Shown here: piece after piece, positions 46,445 to 64,000 of the stretch | How positions within the stretch are numbered: position 1 is the first letter of the stretch | Layout of the letters: the number at the start of each line of letters is the position of its first letter | Origin: Amoebidium appalachense | Lineage: Eukaryota > Protista > Ichthyosporea | Assembly: GCA_963693365.1 (NCBI GenBank) | Contig: CAVNZM010000002.1 | Span: 2,124,259-2,188,258 of the forward strand | DNA length: 64,000 bases | Reading direction: 5' to 3' | Translations under genes and position numbers: made by a program | The notes under the pieces: generated by a model | Databases searched by the model: none | Seen by the model: the letters and a program-made list of their open reading frames with translations, nothing else | Told to the model about the DNA's origin: nothing

Positions 46445-48890
46445 GCCAGTCCGCATCACTGTCATTGGCTAAAAATAGTTCACACGGCGTGCAGAGCGCC
46501 GCGCTCTACATCCCAGGCATGCACTAACTTTATTGTTGATGATTTGATAGATCTCGGTGATTATGCTGGCGGTGGTAGGAAGGAATATCCCGATGCTCTC
46601 TTGTTACCAAACACCACTCCCGCTAGACTAGGTGAACCCCTGTCTCAAAAGGAAAGCTTGCGCCGGCTTGCTAGTATGAATCGATTTGGCCCCCCTGCTC
46701 GTATTATTGGTGATACCACTGGAGACCCCCTCATAGACTCTGATAAGTATTTCTCGGAACTGTTTAAAGATAGGACCCCCGCTCAGAAACCTATTGTGTG
46801 GCCTGTAGACCCATCTATCCCCATAGAATCGATCCTCCCCTTTTTCAGTCCCGATGCCATATGGTCTGTGATATCTAGTTATAGCTCTAGTAAGTCTTGT
46901 GGACCTGATGGACTCCCTGCTGGGTTTCTTAAAATCCTTGTTCCCTCCTACCCACAAAAGGAAAGTGATCGTGCTATTAAACCTGATCTTACTATCATGT
47001 TAAGCTCTCTCTTTTCTTGGTGTGTTAAATGTGGACATGTCCCGTCATCTTGGTTAGATACCTTAGTGATCCCCATAGTTAAGAAGGACTCTGAGGGCCC
47101 CATATCATCCTTTCGCCCCATTACACTAACCCAGGTTGTTCGTAGATTCTTTGAAGCTTGCTTACTTAGGTTATTTGCACATCACCCTAGGTTTCAATCT
47201 ATTCTTCACATACACCCATGCCAATCCGCTTTTCGTAAAAACAATTCATGTTATGTTCAAATAATGGCACTGCACGATTCTATGCAAGTTGGTGCACAAT
47301 ATGTTGGCTTTATTGATTGGAAAACTGCTTACGATTCTGTCTCCCCTGGTCTCCTATGGGAAAAGCTTGCTGCACGGGGTGTACCACACTGCATTGGTGT
47401 TCTGTTAGAAGCACTCTTGTCTCAAACCTATGGTAGAGCTGTGGTTAATGGGCATCTTTCATATGGTTTTGCTCGTACTAGAGGTCTCTTGCAGGGTTCA
47501 TTGCTTAGCCCCTTATTGTTTAACCTATTTATAGATGATTTGGCTGTCAAGATTTACGCCGAAAACGATGACCCTATTAATAACTTTCCGCCTGCACTTC
47601 TCTATGCTGATGATCTGTCCCTCCTTGCCCGTACCCCTAGACGCCTGCAAAGATTGTTCGATGTAGTGTCAGAGTGGTGCAAGGCAAACCTTATGATCCT
47701 TAACATAGACAAATGTGGTGTTCTTGTACCTGATATAGCTAACAATTTACACACATTTACATTATCATCTAAACCTGTACCTATAGTTCCAGAATACAAA
47801 TATCTTGGTGTTCCGGTTGATTCTGTTGGTGTTATGTTTCCCCATATGGTCGAAAAGAGGGTAGAGTTGGCTCGTAAGCGGTTAGCTTTCTTCTCGGCTA
47901 ATATTTTTAAAGACACACCCCTCCATCCTTCTATTAGACTTACATTTATTCGCACTTTTGTCTTCCCGGCATGTGAATATGGTTTACCCCTTCTCGCCGC
48001 TTGGATCAAGAAAGAGAGAACTAGAGCGCTTAAACCCTTGGCAAATTTCCTTGAAGCAGAAGTTGCCTCCTTTCTATCTAACAACTGTTGTAAACCTGGG
48101 CCTGTAACGCTCTCGATATATGGTCTGGTCCCAATAGCTGCTAGAGTATCCTATCTCGCGCTGAAATTCAATAAGCACATAAGCCGCTTAAAGAAGTATT
48201 TGCCCTCCCACCCTCTCTTCTCTATCCGACCTGTCCCCTCCTCACCTCTCCCCTCTTTCCTCCCCTCTCTCTCCCCTTCTCCCCTGGGCACAAATACAAA
48301 TAAACCCCGCAATAGTGTGTGTGTGACTTTGGACTGCCACTTACTTATTAAACATGTACACAATCACAAGATAATCACGCAATATAACAAATGGAAAAAG
48401 ATACCACACGACACTAGACCCGATGAAAGCATACACCTTGAAAAACTAAGCCTTATGTCTCGTTTTATATATACTGACCGCCTCAACCATATTGCCAAAT
48501 ATGGCACTCGCAAGTGTATAACACCTAAATACATATTACCTTCCTGTAGAACTGGTCTTTCTCTAGCTGATGGTATTATTGATCAATTACCACGCTTTTA
48601 CTGTACACGTGCTATACAGTGGAGATCTAATAAGTATAAGGTGGCATCATTTGCATGCCCAAACAACACACACACACACCAGTTTAACCGGTCATGTATC
48701 GCCAAATGTAGTTTGATAGACCACATAATACCGCAACACACACACGTCACATTCACAACAGACACCCAGAAAGATAGCCTACCTGTAAATTACAACATCC
48801 TTGATTTTATACTAAACACGCGTAACTACGACCTGTTTATTAGATGTATTGATTGGCTTGAGAAACACATCACTACAAAATTATAGCGCA

Positions 48891-48967
<77 letters not shown>

Positions 48968-48999
48968 CCAGCTGATACCGAGTGTCCCGAGGGGAGCCC

Positions 49000-49042
<43 letters not shown>
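46445..49042 (+). mobile_element. Non-LTR retrotransposon (LINE-like), probably 5'-truncated
   Basis: Frame is open from 46445 to 48886. A short 3' region with (CA)n and A39 (49004-49042) follows. No TSD found. Confidence 0.8.
46544..48886 (+). CDS. Non-LTR-type reverse transcriptase with Cys/His-rich C-terminus
   Basis: Motifs KSCGPDGLP, FRPITLTQVVRRFFE, QSAFRK, FIDWKTAYDSV, GLLQGSLLSPLLFNLFIDDL, YADD and YKYLGV. C-terminal CPNNTHTHQFNRSCIAKC. No ATG at the ORF start. Confidence 0.93.
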   Translation: MIDLGDYAGGGRKEYPDALLLPNTTPARLGEPLSQKESLRRLASMNRFGPPARIIGDTTGDPLIDSDKYFSELFKDRTPAQKPIVWPVDPSIPIESILPFFSPDAIWSVISSYSSSKSCGPDGLPAGFLKILVPSYPQKESDRAIKPDLTIMLSSLFSWCVKCGHVPSSWLDTLVIPIVKKDSEGPISSFRPITLTQVVRRFFEACLLRLFAHHPRFQSILHIHPCQSAFRKNNSCYVQIMALHDSMQVGAQYVGFIDWKTAYDSVSPGLLWEKLAARGVPHCIGVLLEALLSQTYGRAVVNGHLSYGFARTRGLLQGSLLSPLLFNLFIDDLAVKIYAENDDPINNFPPALLYADDLSLLARTPRRLQRLFDVVSEWCKANLMILNIDKCGVLVPDIANNLHTFTLSSKPVPIVPEYKYLGVPVDSVGVMFPHMVEKRVELARKRLAFFSANIFKDTPLHPSIRLTFIRTFVFPACEYGLPLLAAWIKKERTRALKPLANFLEAEVASFLSNNCCKPGPVTLSIYGLVPIAARVSYLALKFNKHISRLKKYLPSHPLFSIRPVPSSPLPSFLPSLSPSPLGTNTNKPRNSVCVTLDCHLLIKHVHNHKIITQYNKWKKIPHDTRPDESIHLEKLSLMSRFIYTDRLNHIAKYGTRKCITPKYILPSCRTGLSLADGIIDQLPRFYCTRAIQWRSNKYKVASFACPNNTHTHQFNRSCIAKCSLIDHIIPQHTHVTFTTDTQKDSLPVNYNILDFILNTRNYDLFIRCIDWLEKHITTKL

Positions 49043-49043
<1 letters not shown>

Positions 49044-49104
49044 GGGGAACCCCAACTAATTGATTTCTCCTTGTAGTCTTTATGGTGTCTCGTAGAGAAA
49101 GTAA

Positions 49105-49245
49105 ACCCTGATATATAGTCACCACCCGACATCTATGTACGTGATCATGATATACCGCTGAGGGGATATTCCGAGCAAACCCCCCCCCCCCCATACCTGA
49201 GACTGGTTCTCTTTGCCTCGAGTAAACAGCGTAAACCCCAGGCAT
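49105..49245 (+). repeat. Dispersed repeat family 2, longest copy
   Basis: Shares its core with 22070-22225 and 25424-25496. Confidence 0.7.
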
Positions 49246-49521
49246 ATGTCTTCGTGCTATGTCGGGACTGCGCGCGCGGATGAACTGTAAATACAGTGCG
49301 GTACTTCCACGGCCCTCAGAGGGCCGTGGTACTTCCCACGGTGCACATGTCCTTGTACCTATTGTATGTACTATTAGCGCAACACTTTTGAAGAAGTGCA
49401 ATTCTTCTGCATTCTTCAGCTTTCACTGAGATCCCATTTTTCACAGTTCACCACAGAAGGTTCTGCACCCGTAATATCAGTGCCCTTCGTTATTTCTAGG
49501 CTTTTGGCATAGGTCGTGAAA

Positions 49522-58095
<8,574 letters not shown>

Positions 58096-60812
58096 CTTGT
58101 TGATCCCCTTCTCCCCGAACACTTACACACGTGCATCACCAAACAAACTTTAATTTGATTTTTTTGTAACAATTTTCACCACATGCCTTGTTTTGTGCAC
58201 ACCACCACTACCAAGGAAATCCTACAAATCGTCCCGTGTGATTGCTATTAAAGCTGATGGGCAAACATATACTCAGTCAAACGCACCGGGGACCCAATTG
58301 TACATGTTACCGAAAGCTAGATATCACAGACACTCGGTTATTCGGGAAGCAGTTGAGTAGAAGCTATACATAGAGTGAGCGAGTATTTGTGCATGGAACC
58401 TTGTGAGGCTCCTTTGAAACATGTTCATATGCATTTGTACAAGGTTGGTCGTGACCTTTAATACGGCATAACCAGAGGAATTTAGCGCATGCGCTGTGCG
58501 CAGCAGCAACACCCTATTGCAAGGAGGCGTTTGAATGTATTGGAAGAAAAGATGGTACCAAGTTTCGGTTACTTTGCACAGGACAGGTGTGAATGTACCT
58601 TTATAAAATGGTTAAGATAGATGTACAGGAATTGAAGAACAAGACCTCTTATTGTTCACGGTCACACTGACAGCGGTGGTTAGAAAGTTGGAAGAAGAAA
58701 TGTGGGCGAGATGTAGTGCACGGCCCCTATGAATCATATATACAACAAATTGCTGGCCCGTGCACGAGCCTCTTGGAATCAGGGTGTGCTGTACCATGCA
58801 AATAAACCTTCAGGATATATAAAAGGCACATGTTCCTGTTGAACTGCTGACATAAAACAAATATATACTCCTAAGCCCTTTCCACCTCTCGGGTGCACTT
58901 CTCTCAGACATCACTCCAAACGACGCTACAAAACATAGCAGCAGCTACTAACAGGGCTAAACGAAATACAAAACACGACGCAACGGAAAGAAAATGTCGG
59001 GGTCCTAAGTTATCTGTAAGGGGTGAAAAGCCACCCACAGACAAGCAGAACTCGCTTATTCTATGCGTACAAGCCCGTGCCAGGCCTCATAGTGAGGAAA
59101 GCCTGGACGTTTGGGCGACGCAACACAAGCAAGTAATAACCCCCCCAAAAAAACATTTAAAGGCCTCCGTCCCAACCCTCCCTCCCCCTCCCCTCTTCAG
59201 TACTTGTCCCCATGTGATTGCACGCTGCTCTTTGGTGTGTTCCGACCACACCTCAACACATTTTGGTGTTCATGTTGTGTTTGGACCCGAGGCCGCCCCC
59301 ACCTCCAGAAAACGGGTAGGACCGCAACGGGCCAGAACACACACCTATTTGCGCCACGTATTCCGGCAGGGACAAAACAAGGTCGCTACCGGTTAGATGT
59401 GCGCATACACAGACACACACACACACACAACTAACTACACGAAACAAAAGGAAAGACATGATAAGCCTTTTGTGTTCAAGTATGGAAGTGTCGCAAACAA
59501 CCTGAGTTTTGTTCTTTCTTTATTGAGCAAACGAGTACAATCATGTGGTCGGAAAAGGGGGTGTTAAGGAGGGGAGGGGGAGGAGGAGGAGGGGGGGGGA
59601 AGGGGGAAGGGGGAAGGGGTAGGAGGAGGAGGGATGAACAAAAGAAAAACCGTGTGCAGGACTGAGGCCCGGTAAACATGTGCGCGCCTTTCAAAGTTTC
59701 CCGAGGGCGAACCCAGATGGATTCACCGAAACGATCGCAAAAATGTTAGACGTTCATCTGATTTGCTTGCGGAAATCAATAAAGCTTTAAACGGCATTTT
59801 AAACAACTTAATATAGAATAATCACAGTACAACTTTGTCGGACACAAGCACGATAGTCAAATTTCGAAAACGAGCCCGGTTTTTAGGCTTCACAGGGGGT
59901 ATCCGGAATATAGCCCGTGTAAACCTAAACCTATCCGGACTGGAGGACTCAAGGCCCCGGGGTTTTTTCAAAGTTGGAGGGGAGGTGGGGGGAGGGAGGG
60001 AGGGAGGGGGGAGGGGGGAGGGGGGAGGGGGGAAGGGGGGGGGGAGGGGGGGGGGAGGAAGGAGTACTACAAGTCAACACAAATCCAACTATTTATATTG
60101 AATCCGGGTGCAATATTTTGTCCTGCTTATACAGGTGTCCTCCTGAGCCCCCAACTGCCAGCAAGCTTCCTAGATATATAATGACTCTGTGCACGTGTGG
60201 TGTTTCATGCGGGGATAGGTGAGTGTGTGTGTGTGCTATTGTGCGCAAATATGGTGTGTGTACACCCTTGTGTGCATGCACGTGTATGTATTTCACCCAC
60301 TCGACTCTTCCTCCCTCAATCACTCACACACACACTCCCTCTCTTTCTCTCTCTCTCTCAGAGCTCTCTCCAGATCTGCGTGCACGCACGCTTAAGTGCG
60401 TGTATATACGTGTGTTCTCGTGTGTAGTGTGGAAAGGTAGTATCGGAAGCGGGGAGAAGGAGGCGGGGGGAGGGGGGGGAAGGAAGAGGGGGGGGGAGGG
60501 GGGAGGGGGGAGGGGGGAAGGGGGGAATAGATGAAGAAAGGCTGCTCCCACTGACACAAGCATTAACCTAGATCTCACGAACTCACACCTTACTGGTTTT
60601 ATTCATTCATTCCATTTTTGCCTTCTGCGTGGCACGGAAGCTCTCTAGTAAACTGTGCTCTGTTAAAATAGTATCAGGACCTAAATTGGTCCTATTAACA
60701 TTGTTGGCCATACACCATAACTTTATCATAGTTTCAACCCCTATCATGGTAAAGAAAACTTCAGTTTAATAAGATCCTGATCAAAAGCACCCATGTCACC
60801 TGCATCTGGTAG

Positions 60813-60855
<43 letters not shown>

Positions 60856-61384
60856 ACCCCCTCACCCACCTACCCACCCACCCACCCCCATACCTCACAT
60901 CCACCCACCCATCCACCCGCCCGCCCACCCACCCTTCCCCAAGGCCCCGTCCACACAATACGCACACAGCCACCTTAAATTACCAACAAGGGCATCACTC
61001 CCAGCATGCACAGCAAAATTCTTTTGGCAAGTTATAAAAAGCATAAAATCTATCTTTTAGATGGTAACCAGTACAAATAGAGACTCGAAAAAAATCGGGA
61101 GTGAATACCGAGGAGAACCACATTAATCCACAAAAATCTCAAAAATGTGGAGAAATAAACAATAACTTCTAAAGAACTCCGGTTTGCGAACAAAAAAACC
61201 CTCTTCCGTTTCCCGATCCCCACAAAACCAAATTCAAATCAAATTTCTACCAATACAAACACATTAAAATCAAATTTCTACCAACACAAACACATTCTGG
61301 CGCCATCAACCGCTGTATTATAGCACATGCACCTGAAAAATCCAGCACGAGGTCGACACATGTGGCATAATACACACGTGACCC

Positions 61385-61884
61385 TCAGCCAATGATGATG
61401 CCGTGCTGGTCCTTGATTGGCACACTGGTGCCCCCAAAATCAGGCTCCAGGTTTTCCGCACTCACACGTGTCAGCAGTTGCTGCTGCCATCTCTGCATAT
61501 CCCATAAATGTCAGTACTCTCTCACCGTAAGTATCCTTGTATTAGTTTATCGGGTGTGGGTATGTGAAAGTGTGCGTGTGTGTGTGTGTCTGTCTGTGTG
61601 TGGGGGGATGGGGGGCAGGGGGAAGGGGAAGGGGGGGAGGGGGGGGGGATATGTATGCATTAGACGTATGGAGCTAGGAGGTGGGAGTTCAAAAGACAAA
61701 ACACACAACCTTACGAAATTTAACACGGGGAAGAAGAAAGGAAAAAAGTGCAGGCAGGAGATACTTTCACAATGCCAATCATCAGGGGGGGTTCACATGC
61801 CTCCACAAAAGAACGGCTTTCGATGTTTCCAACTCGAGGGCAAGCGGATGGGCCCCCGGGCTGAATATGGGTGGGGTGGTGTGT

Positions 61885-61943
<59 letters not shown>

Positions 61944-62126
61944 TAGAATACAGCACACGGGATAAACAAAGAACTGCAAGTTCACAACGGACAACATTAT
62001 TATACCCGATATATGCAAAAAAGCAACACACAAGCACAGTCGATGTGCAACGTATTCTGAGCCGATGACCCCGGCGTAGGTTGTGTTCAAGTAAGATATT
62101 TACAGTGTCCGGGATACACATTTGCT

Positions 62127-62176
<50 letters not shown>

Positions 62177-62347
62177 ACAACCATACCATCCATACACAAC
62201 TATGCGCACATCCATAAACACACATGATATCATTGCTTCTAACAGATGCTAAATCATCTACACAATTCAACACTGCTGTCCATGATCAATTCCGTGTCGA
62301 AAATATCACTAAGACTGGCACCAAAAACCATCACCCCAAACATCCCC

Positions 62348-62392
<45 letters not shown>

Positions 62393-62700
62393 TGTCACCC
62401 ACCTCTTGATGCAGAATTCGGAACAGGGAGCGGAATCTCTTTGTCATGACCTTTCGCAGTGTGCCAAAGCTGTACCTGAAGATGTAGTTGGTGCCGATCA
62501 CGTACAGTTGGTGGATCTGCGCTGCATGGTTCACTGCAATAAAATAACCCCATGCACCAATCAGCATGTGCTCATAAGATTTAAAATTAGTTCGTTGTCT
62601 AAAGAATAAGAACATTGAGAATACAAATGAACACATTTTAATGGTAAAAATCCATAGTGCACTCCAGAGAAAACCCACCCCACCTCCCCACACTCTGCAA

Positions 62701-62761
<61 letters not shown>

Positions 62762-63447
62762 ACCAAAAAAAAAAAAAAAAAAAAAACCACCCACCCGTGC
62801 ATAATACCACACGTGTTCACCTTTGGAGTTGATCAATGCAACACACCACCCCATAGACATTCCATTCAGGTTAACCAGGTAAAACCCTCCCTTTATATTA
62901 CTCCTATGTCGCCACAGCCCCAGCCCCCTGTATCCCACACAACATCACCCATGCAACCACCCACTTATTCGGCTTCACAGCAATCCCAGAACTCCACGCC
63001 ACCCCATTCCCTCGTTTCCTATCCTGCCTAATCCGTGCCAATCCGTGTCCCTCTTATCCACTATCAAACATTATCACTCGCCCGATCACGAACCAGCAAA
63101 ATTATATATGCAATCAATAGCCCTTGAACTGACCGCCCCCTCTCCCCCCCCAACACACACACACACACACACACACACATACCTCCTTCCCCCCTCCCCC
63201 CCCCCCCAAACACACACACACTTCCCCCCCCCCCCTTTCCCCCTCCCCCCCCCTTCACTTCTCTATCCCCCCCCCCAAACACACACACACCCTGCAATAT
63301 GCGGGCCAGCCTCTTCAGCAGGGACATGTTTGCATGGTTGAGCACAGCCCCTCTGTTGTCGTATATAATCGTGAATTTGGTCTCGGGTGACGATGCCCTG
63401 GGGTGCAGATTGGTGTTAATACGCATCTTCCACCAGAAGAAATTCTC
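61385..63447 (-). CDS. 3' exons of a CRAL-TRIO (Sec14-like) lipid-binding domain protein; 5' part not identified in the window
   Basis: Exons 63447-63291, 62533-62403 and 61492-61385 splice in frame: ...KFTIIYDNRGAVLNHANMSLLKRLARILQVNHAAQIHQLYVIGTNYIFRYSFGTLRKVMTKRFRSLFRILHQERWQQQLLTRVSAENLEPDFGGTSVP...*. This fits the CRAL-TRIO layout ending in a LxxxFGG motif. Confidence 0.75.
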
Positions 63448-63480
63448 CTGGTTTTCCTTTTTTTTTCCCCCAATCCCCCC

Positions 63481-63511
<31 letters not shown>

Positions 63512-63520
63512 CACCACCAC

Positions 63521-63613
<93 letters not shown>

Positions 63614-63622
63614 AACACATAC

Positions 63623-63654
<32 letters not shown>

Positions 63655-64000
63655 GCACACGCACATTTTTCGACCATTTACACCGTTTGACAAACCCCCT
63701 GCACTACATTGGAATTATTTAAACGCCAAGGTTAAGGTTTCATTTTTTTACGGTATTCTCAACGTCTTCTCCGATGGGTGCTAGACCCCAAGAGCCTATT
63801 ATGTCAACCGTAAGTTGTTAGTTCAGTCGGCGCATCTCTAGATATTAACCCCACGTATGTAGCATGTACTCTATGAATGTGTTTGATCAACCCCTGCTTC
63901 CCATCAAAAATGACGTCACAACGGCTGCCACCACCATGTCACAACAACAAAAACTAAAATGCGAAATAAAAGCATGTGTTGGAGGGAAGGGGAGGGGGGA

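Noticed and set aside
48233-48314. Possible GT-AG intron in the low-complexity stretch of the RT ORF
   Set aside because: It is 82 nt, so removing it would shift a frame that is already open through the region.
58324-59760. Possible small minus-strand gene between ABHD11 and the CRAL-TRIO gene
   Set aside because: No in-frame exon chain or recognisable protein could be assembled.

Overview
This is eukaryotic genomic DNA, dense in introns and saturated with poly-C/poly-G tracts and (CA)n/(GT)n microsatellites. Almost all ORF-track entries (HTHT, CVCV, poly-P, poly-G) are repeat artefacts. Hand-built gene models: intronless ARL1; a 10-exon membrane protein resembling the 7TMIC/gustatory-receptor-like (GrlHz-type) family, with two GC-AG introns; a 2-exon ProP/MHS-type MFS transporter; a 15-exon cytosolic TyrRS with a C-terminal EMAP II domain; an intronless BTB protein; an 8-exon ABHD11-like hydrolase; the 3' exons of a CRAL-TRIO gene; and a possible orphan gene head-to-head with TyrRS. 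The gene set suggests an opisthokont, perhaps a holozoan (inference only). Mobile DNA includes a non-LTR RT ORF with no visible endonuclease, a MITE and a second short dispersed repeat. The most striking feature is a ~430-bp non-coding SINE-like family with about 15 copies. Nearly all end at CATTCAAA or a close variant followed by poly-C. One empty/filled site pair points to insertion into C-tracts, the family forms a head-to-tail array, and it carries a stem/pseudoknot fold with compensatory changes between subfamilies.
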